Shown: positions 26,168-38,933 of the stretch, piece by piece | Position numbering within the stretch: the first letter of the stretch is position 1 | Layout: every line of letters begins with the position of its first letter | Assembly (NCBI GenBank): GCA_964016885.1 | Contig: OZ024744.1 | Coordinates: forward strand, 85,994,001-86,058,000 | Direction of reading: 5' to 3' | Length of the DNA: 64,000 nucleotides | DNA from: Eledone cirrhosa | Taxonomy: Eukaryota | The notes under the pieces: generated by a model | The model's input: only the letters and a program-made list of their open reading frames with translations | What the model was told of the DNA's origin: nothing | Database searches by the model: none | Program-made: the position numbers and the translations under genes

Positions 26168-26615
26168 TGCTTTACAGCATAGAGCTATGGCCCTCCACGC
26201 TCCGAGCTCAAATCCCGCCAAGGTCAACCTTGCCGTTCATGCCCACGCAGTCAACAAAAGAGAGTACCAGTAATGCGCTGGAACAATCGCTGACTCCGTG
26301 CCAAAAGCAGAAACATTATTATTATTAAATTACCCAGTACATTACTGGTACTTTATTTTATCGACCCCCGTAAGGATGAAAGGCGAGGTCAACTTTGCCT
26401 TACGGGGGTCAATAAAATAAAGTACCAGTAATGTACTGGGTAATTTGCTGGCCTTGTGCCAAAAGTAGAAACAATTATTATTATTAAAGGTCTGAGTTCA
26501 AATCCCGCCGAGGTTAACTTTGCCTTTCATCCTTACGGGGTCGATAAAATAAAGTACCAGTAATGTACTGGTTAATTGCTAGCCTTGTGCCAAAAGTAGA
26601 AACAATTATTATTAT
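26168..26615 (+). mobile_element. SINE family A cluster: one hypermutated copy, one fold-back copy and one ordinary truncated copy
   Basis: 26168-26325 is T>C rich, 26328-26446 is an inverted repeat of the core, and 26490-26615 is consensus-like. Confidence 0.85.
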
Positions 26616-26936
26616 TAAAGTTGTTGTTTTCTTAAGGCCCGGTCGCTGGTGATGGTGATGGCGGTGGTGTTGTTGGTGTTGGTGGTGGTGGTGGTGGATG
26701 TTGGTGGTGGCAGCTGATGTTGTTTTGTTGTGTGTGAGTGTGTTTTGTTATTTTGTGTTTTTTTTTATCGTTTGATGCCGCTGTTGTTGTAAATGTTGTT
26801 GTAAATGTATATATGTGTGTATATACATCACTCAGTCAAACGACCAGATTTCAACCCCAACATCTACAACAACAACAACACCGGCACTAATGTATACAGC
26901 AACAACAGCTTCAGAATGAAATGAAACATACATACA

Positions 26937-28825
26937 TAGTGGCTGCCAACTCGTTTTCGAGTACGGCCACTACTTTATATCCATGTAGGAGAACCCCTAC
27001 CGATTCGCTGAACGAGTGTGGCTTTTTAGTCCAGCCAGCGACTTGAAAACTCTGGTACAAACACTACACTTGTGACAATTATTGACACATAGTGCTGGGC
27101 CCATGGTACCATGTGACGACAAGTGCAGAGAGATCTCCAGATATAAAGCAATGCCTGTGCCGTGAAGCTTTTATAGTGAGCAAAGGCACTGCACAAAGCC
27201 AGTCCCACTCTCTTAACCAAGATGATATTTACCAAATAAGAGAACAAGTCAACACCATTGGATACCATCAGGGTTGCAGGTGTTATATCAGAGTTTTCCT
27301 TCTCCTAGAATTCTGCTTTGACAAAGGCTAAGGGGTCATCTCTCCCGGTGATTTTGGATAGCCATTGACACTTAAGATCTCCTTTGCCCTTTGACAGGTT
27401 TTGTTTTTAGTCCTGCAGGATGTCCAAAGTCACCCTCCTCACCAAGAAACCTTGGTGGGGTTGCCAGTTTAGTCGTCAACGACCCGACCATGGGATAGGT
27501 TGTACTGGAATACATGTTACAAGTAGCACCAACTGGTGACCTGACATAATACATACATACATACATACATACATACATACATACATACATACATACATAC
27601 ATACATACATGGTGGCTGCCAACTCGTTTTCGAATACGGCCACTACTTTATATCCATGTAGGAGAACCCCTACCGATGCGTTGAACAAGTGTGACTTTTT
27701 AGTCCAGCCAGCGACTTGAAAACTCTGGTACAAACACTACACTTGTGACAATTATTGACACATAGTGCTGGGCCCATGCTACCATGTGACGACAAGTGCA
27801 GAGAGATCTCCAGATATAAAGCAATGCCTGTGCCGTGAAGCTTTTATAGTGAGCAAAGGCACTGCACAAAGCCAGTCCCACTCTCTTAACCAAGATGATA
27901 TTTACCAAATAAGAGAACAAGTCAACACCATTGGATACCATCAGGGTTGCAGGTGTTATATCAGAGTTTTCCTTCTCCTAGAATTCTGCTTTGACAAAGG
28001 CTAAGGGGTCATCTCTCCCGGTGATTTTGGATGGCCATTGACACTTAAGATCTCCTTTGCCCTTTGACAGGTTTTGTTTTTAGTCCTGCAGGATGTCCAA
28101 AGTCACCCTCCTCACCAAGAAACCTTGGTGGGGTTGCCAGTTTAGTCGTCAACGACCCGACCATGGGATAGGTTGTACTGGAATACATGTTACAAGTAGC
28201 ACCAACTGGTGACCTGACATAATACATACATACATACATACATACATACATACATACATACATACATACATACATACATACATACATACATGGTGGCTGC
28301 CAACTCGTTTTCGAATACGGCCACTACTTTATATCCATGTAGGAGAACCCCTACCGATGCGCTGAACAAGTGTGACTTTTTAGTCCAGCCAGCGACTTGA
28401 AAACTCTGGTACAAACACTACACTTGTGACAATTATTGACACATAGTGCTGGGCCCATGGTACCATGTGACGACAAGTGCAGAGAGATCTCCAGATATAA
28501 AGCAATGCCTGTGCCGCGAAGCTTTTATAGTGAGTAAAGGCACTGCACAAAGCCAGTCCCACTCTCTTAACCAAGATGATATTTACCAAAAAGAAGAACA
28601 AGTCAACATCATTGGATACCATCAGGGTTGCAGGTGTTATATCAGAGTTTTCTTTCTCCTAGAATTCTGCCTTGACAAAGGCTAAGGGGTCATCTCTCCC
28701 GGTGATTCTGGATGACCATTGACTCTTAAGAGCTTCTTTGCCCTTTGATATATATACATACATATAATATATATTCATGGTGGCTGCCAACTCGTTTTCG
28801 AGTACGGCCACTACTTTATATCCAT
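26937..28825 (-). mobile_element. Tandem array of three RTE-derived short elements and a 3' tip, separated by (CATA)n
   Basis: Units at about 26937-27548, 27610-28222, 28291-28745 and 28778-28825. The first two are nearly identical, with a period of ~673 bp. Confidence 0.9.
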
Positions 28826-29079
28826 ACATACATACATACATACATTCATACTGGTGACCATACATACATACATACATGCATACTCATTTGCACAGATAGG
28901 TATATAAATATATATATATGTTGTGTGTATGTCTGTGTGTGTATGTGTGTGTCTGTGTGTGTCTGTGTGTGTACGTATGGATAAGATGCAGATGTGAAAA
29001 CAGTCATGGATTGCTTAACTATGGGAATAGGTGCTATATGGATACGAAGCGGTTTAAGGGATCGGGCATGTTTCATGAA

Positions 29080-29910
29080 ATAATAATTGTTTCGACTTTT
29101 GGCACAAGGCCAACAATTAACCAGTACATTACTGGTACTTTATTCTATCGACCCCGGAAGGATGAAATGCAAAGTTAACCACATGAAATAATAATGCTAA
29201 TGGTTTCTTATATAAGCACAATGCCAACAATTTTTGTGGAGGGGAAAGTCGATAAAATTGACCCCATTGCGTGACTAGTACTTTATTTTATAGACCCCGT
29301 AAGGATGAAAGGCAGAGCGAACTTCGGCGGGATTTGAACTCAGAATGTAAAGGGCCGTAACTCTATTCTGTAAAGCATGGTGCTCGTCGCTCTAACACAC
29401 ATACACATATAAACGCACATATACATAACGAGGTATCGTTTCAGATAATCCAAGTATTATTATTATTATTATTATGTAAGGGGGTGGATTGGCAGTATCG
29501 GTAGAAGGTCGGACGCCATGCTTTGACGCATAGAGTTACGGCCGTTGCCATTCTGTGTTCAAATCCCGCCGTGGTTGACTTTGCCTTTCATCCTTACGGG
29601 GTCGATAAAATAAAGCACCAGTAATGCACTGGAGTAATTGCTGGCCTTGTGCCAAAAGTAGAAACAATTATTATTGTATATATATATATATATATATAGT
29701 AATAATAATAAATTTGAAGACTAAAATCCAAAGAGGGCTCGATAAAGATAAATATATATATCAAATATATAAGAACCATAGAGAAAGGCAAACCGATGAA
29801 AGGCATAGTTAATCTCGGCGGGATTTGAAAACAGAATGGCAAAGGCCGTAACTCTATGCGTCAAAGCGTGGAGTCCGACCTTCTACCGATACTGACAATC
29901 CACCGCCTTA
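29080..29910. mobile_element. Four SINE family A copies or fragments in both orientations
   Basis: Approximately 29080-29180 (-), 29200-29395 (-), 29478-29673 (+) and 29785-29908 (-). Confidence 0.8.
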
Positions 29911-30190
29911 CGTAATAATAATAATAATAATAATAATAATGATTTCTTTATTAACCACAAGGGTTTACATAAAGTAGACATTAAGGACAGTACAGGACAA
30001 TGCAGGACGGTACAAATGGGCCTTTCTGCGTGTAAAAAACAAAAACAGAGGATGTAACAAAAAATAACAATGAAAAATTCCCCAATAGGGGCGAGACTTC
30101 GGAGGGACATTTGTGGAGAAAGCCCAGTAAAAGGCCACAGTGACCCTGACCACCAAGGCAATTGCCCTCTCCCAGTTTTCCACCTTTAAT

Positions 30191-33100
30191 TTACAGATAT
30201 ATACTCAGAGTAGGCCCATTCACTCGGGCCATTCTTGCTTCACTCACCCATCTTTCAACAAAATGCTGGGAAGAGAGCACTTCCCTCTCTACTCTGATTT
30301 TCCTTTTCAAATGAAATTTGAAAAAGTCAATCAGGGCATCACGGAAGAGGTAAGTGCTCGTCTTCAGCCCTTTCAAACGTGTCCACCATACTATCTCTTT
30401 CGCCATGGCCACCAGACAGATAAAAACTGCCTGCCCTTCCCGGCTAAAGGAGGAGGGCGGGGCAATCCTCACGATGGACTCACATGATAGCCGGATCCGT
30501 CCTACACGCGACAGCAGGTGTTCGACATAAACCCACAAGTCAGCAATTTTCGGACACTGGACGAGTACGTGCTGGACAGTTTCGTCGCCCTGCGCGCATC
30601 TCGGACATGTCCGGCTGACGGCACCTCCATGCCTGTAGAGTTTATCCCGAACTGGCAAGGCTCCTCGGTAGCACTGCCAGGCCAGAGATTTCTGGAAGTT
30701 GTCCATAGGCCCTGGCCTGAAAGTTCTTCCGAAGAGATTGGCTAGTTGATTTTCGTCGACGCCTAGAGTTTCCCCAAGTACGTCGTCGCTCTTCCCCTCC
30801 ACTAATCCTCTATAGAACGCCGAGGTGGAGTTTCCACCGATCACATTGCCCAATTGGTCGAGGGCTGTGAGCGCCTGAAGACATTCCAGTCTCCAGGCGC
30901 TCCCTCTCGGTCTTCGCTTGACCCAGGACTGCAGCTCCGTCAAGGAAACGAGCTTGGGAAATACGTGTCTAGCAAACGGCGACCACACCTGATCACCGTC
31001 GAGGAAGAGGTGGAGATGTCGTAGCCTGAGGCGCATGCCTGCGCATCATCAGCCACGGCATGCCCAGCCCTCCACGTAGCGGGTGTTGACAACAGATGGA
31101 CCGCCTGACCATCGGAGCGCGTCCCTTCCACAAAAAGCGAAAGAGCAAATGCTCCAGCGCAGTCAGGCGAGGCTTAGGACAGGGTACGACGGTCAGGCTG
31201 TAGCAGATGACAGACGCGATGTACGCGTTAGCCACCTCCGCTCGACCTTTCAGGGATAGCTTCCTCTCCGCTCATTTTTGGGTGAGAGAAGCCACACTGC
31301 TCGTCACCTCGTCCCAGTTTTTGTCCGTCTGGAGGTCCGGACCGAACCAGACCCCTAGCAATTTAACCGCTCCTTCCGTCCAGCGTCCGACGACGCTGTT
31401 GGACGGCATGGACCTGCCTCTCCAGGTGCCGAGCTGCAGGCCCACTGACTTTTCCTGGTTGATCATTGCTCCTGTCACCGCTTCGTATTCTCTTAGTGTA
31501 GTGCCGATCGCCTCGATGTGTTTGGCGTTTGACACCACTATGGTGACATCGTCCCCATATGCTGACACGGATCTTCCTTCTGCATCCTAGTTCGCGCGGG
31601 ACGCCCCTCAACGTCTCCAGTTTGTGCAGTAATGGCTCGAGAGTCAATACGTATAAGAGGGACAAGAGGGGACATCCGTGGCGGACCGAGCGCATGATGC
31701 TGAACGGTTCCGAAAGGTGACCGTTCACTCTCACCACAGAGCAGATGTCGCTGTGCATGGCAGCGATCCAGCCTCTGAAGACAGTCCCAAAGCCAGCCGC
31801 CCTCAGGACTGCCGCCCTCAGGACTGCCGCTAGGTAACGATGGTCGACCCTATCGAAAGCTTTCGACCGATCTAAATTGATCAAGGACCCACCCGTGCCA
31901 GGTTCCCTAGCTACCCTCTCTACGATGTATCGCATGAGGTGGAGGTTGTCGGGGATGGAGCTGTCGGGAATGGCGCATGTCTGCACCTCTCCCACCAGAC
32001 CACCAACGACAAGCGCCAACCTCTTTGCTAGCACCTTGGCCAAAATCTTGAACTCTGTGTTTAGCAGAGTTATGGGCCTGAAATTATCTATGTTATCCCC
32101 CTTGTTCGGATCCTTTCTCAGCAGTGCCACCGCTCCTCGGTTCACAGAACTGGGAATTCTCCCGTTCTGTTGCCTGTTGCAGTAGACGTCCGCCAAGAGG
32201 CCTCCGAACAAGTCTGGCATCTGTACGTAAAGTTCATAGGGCAGACCATCCAAACCAGGCGATTTACCCCTTGTGCAGCCAGCCATTGCCTCCCTTACTT
32301 CAGCGGCTGTTATCGGCTTTTCGCAACACTCCGCCTCAGTGGCCGAGAGCCGCGGCAGTCCGTCGAGGTAGACACTAAAGTCCATCCCTCGACCCGGCCC
32401 ACCGCTTCCCCCGAACAGCTGAGTGAAGTGTCGCTGAAAAACTTCACACATTTGCCCGGAATCGAGTAGCATGCGCCCGTCATGGTCCACCAAAGACCGG
32501 ATCGTGGCTTTGTTGCCACGACGCGCCTCCGTCACTCGGGCCCATTGAACGGCTTTCATCCCCTTGTGTCTGAGAGCACGCACCCTAGCTCTGACAACGC
32601 AGCCTTCGTGCTTTGCATTGAAGAATTGGTCAAGGGCCAATTTCGCCGCAAGCACGTCGGTCGCAATGCCTTTGCTAAGCGCCTCGTCTAATTTTCTAAC
32701 TAGTTCTCCCTCTGCTCTATTTTTCTCTATTGCTAAAGCCTTACTAAACCTAATGGATTCTATTCTAATCGCTCTTTTCAGAGCAAACTACCACTTGTTG
32801 TTGACGATGGCCCCCATCAACGCCCGCTTAACTAGTTCGCTAATCCGATCTCTGTAGGCCTTGCGCGCCGGTAAGGACGCATTTAGCTTCCAGTAGCCGG
32901 GTCCTCGTCTATGAAGCCTAACCAAGTCAAGCACACAGATCACGAATTTGTGGTCCGTGTAGCTGACTATCTTGAATTGTGGACAGCCTATGCTAGACCT
33001 ATCTATTTCCCTACAAAATACTCTATCTAGATATGATCTGGATGACCCTATGCGATTTGTCCAAGTCCACATTGGCACATTCGGGAAATCCAATCGGTAC

Positions 33101-33629
33101 CTGTCAGACAGTTCAAAACGCCTGAGCAGGTTGGTGAGGCTCTTGCATCCTCCACCCCTATCCGCTAATCCCACACACTCCCAGCGTGCATCTAAGATCC
33201 CGTTCCAGTCGCCCACTAACACTAAAGAGCGGGCGTTCCAAGAAAGTCCTCCAGACGCCGGAAGAAATCAGGCCGCCCTGCTCCTGTCGGGGCATAGACG
33301 GCCACTAGCCTGAAAGCTTGCCCGTCTCCGCTGGTCACGTCCAGCACCACCAACTTACCCTCTGGGTCCAGGAAGATGGCCCGTATGGCGAGATCCAAAC
33401 CTCTCCGAAAAAGCACAGCAACTCCTCCCCCCGATCCAGGACGGCTGGGAGATGCGTACACATCGTAGCCGCCGAAGATCGGTGCGAAGGCCCGTGCTTC
33501 GGAGATTCTGGTCTCGCTGATGGCCACTACATCTATGGTTAGTGACCTGAGGTCATTGAGCAGGTGACCCTGCTTCCATGACGACCCCAAGCCACGCGCA
33601 TTTATACTGCCTATTCTGAGTGAGGTCAT
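30191..33629 (-). pseudogene. Tx1-type ORF2 (APE endonuclease, reverse transcriptase, zf-RVT-like region), frameshifted
   Basis: SINARGL, ISET, VAVYAP, VGDWN, SYLDR..TDH, GPGYWKLN, KSPGLDGLPYELY, NFRPITLLNTEFKILAK, LDRSKAFDRVDH, SVRHGCPL, SAYGDDV, GGLGMP, CPRC..DETVQH...C. Confidence 0.9.
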
Positions 33630-33664
33630 GTTTAAAATAGAGTGGAAAAGATGGGAAAGACCAC

Positions 33665-35769
33665 TTACCGTACTTTTCGTAGAGGAGGGATGGTATTTAC
33701 ATCCCTTTTCACTTCATCGTCTGGTGAAGGGACCGTTGAATCGTCCCTTCGGCTGGTCGTCGGCTCTTCTATGAGAATGTCTGAATATACTCTTCGATTG
33801 ATAGTTCCTCCTAGGTCCCTGAAATCACCAACTGCGTTGGGGAATTTCGTTTTAATGTTCGTGTATTGTTTCTGTGCTATTTTTAGCAGTCTTATGTTAG
33901 TTGGCGTTTTGATTGGTGCTGGTATTATGTAGTCGTGTTGTGAAATGCCTGTGTGTTCAATTATGTAAGTCATTAGTTTCTTGTTGTGTGTATTTATTGC
34001 CGTGCATTTGTTTTTCTGGGGGTAGGGTGTGGTTCTGCTATTTTCTTGTCGTGTTTGCTGGGTGTGTGTGTTTTGTTGTTGGGTTTGCGATGTTGGTACT
34101 TGTGGTGGTGGTGTTGAAGGTGTTGTTGGCGGTGGGGTTGTCGCCGGTGGTGATGGTGGTGCTAGTGTAGGTGGTGATGGTGTTGGTGGTGTTGCTGCTG
34201 TGAGTCTCTTTGCAGTAGCGTTTACCCTTTTTTCATTTCTTTCCTCCCTTTTCAAAGGCGACGATGCGCTGCTTCTGCGTTTGTGCCTTCTTACGACCTT
34301 TTGCCATCCCTCTCCCACCTCACACTCCATGTCTGATTCTGTGAAGTCGGGGAGGGGTACCAGCTCCACTCTTTCACTTGTTGTTGTTGGTGATGTTTGC
34401 ACTGGAGTCTCTGTTGCAGCTGCATTTGGTATTGCTGTTGTTGTTGTTAATATTTCCACTGCTGCTGCTGTTTTTGATTTCCGTGGCGTGGGTATGGGTG
34501 CCACGGACCTATCGTTCCTGGTTGCCGCTTGTCCTGTTGCTGGTAGCCGTGGAGCCGGTTTCGGAAGGAGGGGGGTGTCTCCTTTCTCAGGGTCTTCTCG
34601 TTGCAGAAGGCCCTGAGGTGAGTCTTTGCTCCACAGCGAAAGCATTTCGGGCATTTGCCCACAACACTTATGGGAAGTTGAGTGCCGTTATCGAAGTCTA
34701 TCACGTCCGGGATAGCTTCGATGCACTCCTGGTTGGTTTGCATTAACATCTCAATGGAGGTGCCGACCCAATCTTCTCTTACTTTTTTCTGTACTTGCAG
34801 TACAGTTGTTTTGTCCTCGATTCCGACGAGGACAGACGCGGCCAGCCAAGAAGGGGTCATCCCGGGGGTGGGGGTGGGTGGACGTGGGTCAGTTTGACCC
34901 TCACAATTTTTTGCCCGCAGTAGAAGGGCACCAACACCATTTCCTCGCTCCTTAGGGTCACTAAGGATTGAGCCTTTGCCTCACAGACCCCAAGGCTTTT
35001 TGTATTTGAGCCTCTGCGGCTCTTTCAACCCTACGGGATTTTGTACTTACTGTACGGTACGTGACCGTACAGTGCTGTTGGGTTTCGAAAAATTTTTCCG
35101 CTGCCTTGCAGATTGCTCAGTGTCCAGTTTTTGTCACCATCTTCTTCGCTTCCTCTAATTCCTCATTTGTTATGAGGATGGTTTCCAGGTTCTTTGCGAT
35201 ACCTGCAAAGAGATTGGTTTTTCTTTGCTGCTGTTGTTGTTGTTGTTGTTGTCGTCAGAGCTGCTGTTACTTTTGTTGTTGCTGCAGGTACTACGACTAC
35301 TGCCGCCGCCGCTGTTGCTGTGGTTGTTGTTGTTGTTGCTGCTGCTGCTGCTGTTGTTGTTGCTGCTAATGCTGTTGTTGTTTATGCTGCTGCTGATGCT
35401 GTTGCGGCCGCTACTGTTGTTTTCCTTGTCACTGTTGCTGCTGCTGCTGTTATTACGGCTGCTACTGCTATTATTCATGACGCCAGACGAATGAGATGGG
35501 TTTTCGTATTTCCCGCACTCCTTTTTCGTCGTTGTCGCCGTCGTCGTGGAGAAATCTTGCTCGCTTTGCACGTGATTTTTCTTTTCTGTCGTCACTTGCG
35601 AAAGAGAAGGGAGGGAGAGAGACACATTTATAGAAGGGAGGGAGAGAGACAATCTTCTCTCTGCTATAGTGACGATTGAGGAAGAAGATGACGGAATGAG
35701 TGGGAGTGACCTATGAAAATTCTTTTTCGTAGCCATGTTGTTTTTTTGTTTAAAATAAATATTGGGCAC
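33665..35769 (-). pseudogene. Tx1-type ORF1 with a CCHC zinc knuckle, frameshifted, with low-complexity inserts
   Basis: CFRCGAKTHLRAFC knuckle in 34447-34860, followed by a Pro/Thr-rich region and EGWQKVVRR. A CAG/AAC triplet tract lies at 35225-35470. Confidence 0.7.
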
Positions 35770-36231
35770 AAAACCCCAATAGTCGGTTATTCAACCCCGA
35801 AGGGCCAAATAACGGGCAGGAAGACCCCTCTCACGAGGAGGAGGGTGTCTTTGTCTACAAGTTGGTTAAAGTTTTAAACAATTTACAATTGTTATAGCGG
35901 TCAAAATTTACAATACCTTACAGAGCCGAGCCTCCTTCAACCATAGCATTCAATAATAATAATAATAATAATAATATTAATAATACTTGGATTAACTGAA
36001 TATCAGAACCGTAGAGCAAATATTTATGCCAGGGAACGTTTCCACGAACCAAAGTATCATCTTCCTGTCTTCCTCCGGTTGCAACGTTTTTTGAAATATA
36101 ATAGTCGCCAACGACCCGACCATGGGATATATACATACATAGATATACATACATACATAGATACATACATACATAGATATACATACATACATAGATAAAT
36201 ACATACATAGATATACATACATACATAGATA

Positions 36232-36595
36232 CGGTGGCTGCCAACTCTTTTTCGAGTACGGCCACTACTTTATATCCATGTAGGAGAACCCCCTACCGAT
36301 GCGCTGAACGAGTGTGACTTTTTAGTCCAGCCAGCGACCCGAAAACTCTGGTACAAACACTACACTTGTGACAATTATTGACACAGTGCAGGGCCCATGG
36401 TACCATGTGACGACAAGTGCAGAGAGATCTCCAGATATAAAGCAATGCCTGTGCCGTAAAGTTTTTATAGTGAGCAAAGGCACTGCACAAAGCCAGTCCC
36501 ACTCTCTTAACCAAGATGATATTTACCAAAAAGAAGAACAAGTCAACATCATTGGATACCATCAGGGTTGCAGGTGTTATATCAGAGTTTTCCTT
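36232..36595 (-). mobile_element. 5'-truncated RTE-derived short element
   Basis: Same sequence family as 27610-28222. It encodes CHKCSVCTRVFGSLAGLKSHTRSAHR. Confidence 0.85.
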
Positions 36596-36802
36596 CATAA
36601 ATACATACACACATACTTATATGCTGTAGACTTGTTCTATATAGAGAGTAAACTGTATTAATTGAAACGTTGTAGTTTCTATATCCTGAAATTTAACGTG
36701 GATCGCTTTTTAACTTTTGGGGTCACCCCCCACCCTCCCCCATTCATGGCCACATAATACTCTCAACGTCCTCAGACCCCAGATACACAAAATAAATAAA
36801 TC

Positions 36803-36860
36803 TAGTCACTGAAGAGTTCACAGAATATGTGACGAAATACCTTCGATAATATATAAACAA
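36803..36860 (+). ncRNA. Degenerate hammerhead ribozyme-like motif
   Basis: CTGAAGA, g(t)tcac/gtgac stem II, GAAA, and ata...tat-A. Stem I pairs poorly. Confidence 0.4.
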
Positions 36861-37047
36861 CCACCCGGTTATCGAACCAACAAACCAACGAACCGGAAAT
36901 GTATAATAGATTGAAGTGAATACCCGGAGATGCGTGGGTTTTTATTGGCAGCATGACTCTTCCAAAGTATAACAATATCTGTCTCAACACACGTTTTCAG
37001 ATAAGAAATCTTACAAAATAAATTAAAAAGCGATGTGTTTGCGTATA

Positions 37048-37136
<89 letters not shown>

Positions 37137-37143
37137 GTATGTA

Positions 37144-37187
<44 letters not shown>

Positions 37188-37316
37188 TAAGAGATTAAAG
37201 TTTAAGCAAAGAATATTTGCTTTAGGGTTCCTATATATATGATATATATTTATCCTTATCGAGCCCTCTTTGGAATTTAGTCTTTACATTTATTATTATT
37301 ATTACATATTACATAA

Positions 37317-37515
37317 AGGGCGGTGGATTGGCAGTATCGGTAGAGGGTCGGACGCCATGCTTTCCAACATAGTTACGTCCCTTTACGATCTGAGTTCAAA
37401 TCCCGCCGAGGTTGACTTTGCCTTTCATCCTTACGGGGTCGATAAAATAAAGTACCAGTAATGTACTGAGATAATTGCTGGCCTTGTGCCAAAAAGTAGA
37501 AACAATTATTATTAT
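37317..37515 (+). mobile_element. SINE family A, full-length copy
   Basis: Head, core and (ATT)n tail are all present. Confidence 0.88.
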
Positions 37516-37522
37516 TACATAT

Positions 37523-37576
<54 letters not shown>

Positions 37577-37787
37577 GTATGTATGTATATATATATTGTA
37601 AGAGACTATTTTGAATTTCTAACTCAATATATACCTCTGATATTGTCGGCTTCTTCTTGTCGAGCTAATTTAAATGCAGCATATGTTTATGAGACACGCT
37701 AGGTTCTGATGCGATGTGCGTTATTTTATATTCGCATATAATTCAGTCTTCTGATATACTTACAAGTGGAGGGATTACTAATTTTTA

Positions 37788-37866
37788 CACCCACTGAAGA
37801 GCAATGAATTGGTAATTTCCTTCGCTAAATAATTGCGAAACAGCCAACCAAAGCTGTCATGGCGTT
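37788..37866 (+). ncRNA. Type I hammerhead ribozyme-like motif
   Basis: cca-CTGAAGA-gcaat...attgc-GAAA-cagc(caaccaaa)gctg-TC-a-tgg. Stems II and III pair, and stem I has a 1-nt insertion. Confidence 0.6.
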
Positions 37867-37977
37867 CCGGCAGTTGGCTAATATAGGGTTGTTTTTCTTT
37901 TTCTTGATTTATTACTTTACAAAAAAAACAAAAAACCTAGATGGCCTACACTTTCTAATATATATATATATATATAC

Positions 37978-38038
<61 letters not shown>

Positions 38039-38121
38039 TGTGTGTGGTTAAGAATTTTATATTATAATACAGACTATGTATAAATAAATATTATATATTT
38101 TTTACTTTACTATATCTATAT

Positions 38122-38886
38122 ATAATTGTTTCTACTTTAGGCACAAGGCCAGCAATTACTCAGTGCATTACTGGTACTTTATTTTATCGACCCCGTAAGG
38201 ATGAAAGGCAAAGTCAACCTCGGCGGGATTTGAACTCAGAGCGTAAAATATGTATCATTTGATATTTAATATAGTCATATCATCTCTACCACCCCACCAC
38301 CCCCTTAGGCCCCGGCGCTCCCAGGACCCTCCCAATGCCGCCCCGAGAGGGGCAGGAGGAATCGCCTACTTTGAGAACCCCTGGCTTAGAATATGAATAC
38401 ACAACGAGTCAAATCATGCATCGGGGGAGCAGTATTTTTTTTTTATTATTTTCATTACTGTGTTAATAAAAATATTAAAAATCTCTGTCGTTCTGACATT
38501 GGGCGGTAGGTTGGCAGTATCAGTAGAGGGTCGGACGCCATGCTTTGACGTATAGAGTTACGGTCCTTGCCATTCTGAGTTCAAATCCCGCCGAGGTTAA
38601 CTTTGTCTTTCATCCTTACGGGGTCGATAAAATAAAGTACCAGTAATGCACTAGGTTAATTGCTGGCCTTGTGCCAAAAGTAGAAACAATTATCTGTATT
38701 ATCTGTCTGTCGTTCTGACAGTTCTGCCTGTATTATCGCTACTTGCATGTGCTATAAAATCATGACCGGAACGAAATATGCAACATCCCACCCAGAAAAT
38801 TAAATGTATCTTAATAGTGATATTGTCAAAGTTATATATTTGTTCACATTTACATTTCTATTCATATTTTGTTACAACTTTTTATT

Positions 38887-38933
<47 letters not shown>

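Larger units (their letters stand above)
29941..35946 (-). mobile_element. Near full-length Tx1/L1-group LINE inserted in an (AAT)n tract
   Basis: Two-ORF organisation. The body is GC-richer than its flanks. (AAT)n lies at 29913-29940 and ~35952-35975. Confidence 0.9.

Noticed and set aside
26937-28825. Regularly spaced repeats that could be mistaken for a CRISPR-like array
   Set aside because: The units are 600-bp retroelement copies separated by microsatellite, with no unique spacers or cas genes, in eukaryotic DNA.
38290-38385. hAT-like terminus (ttgagaacccctg)
   Set aside because: No matching opposite terminus or TSD found.
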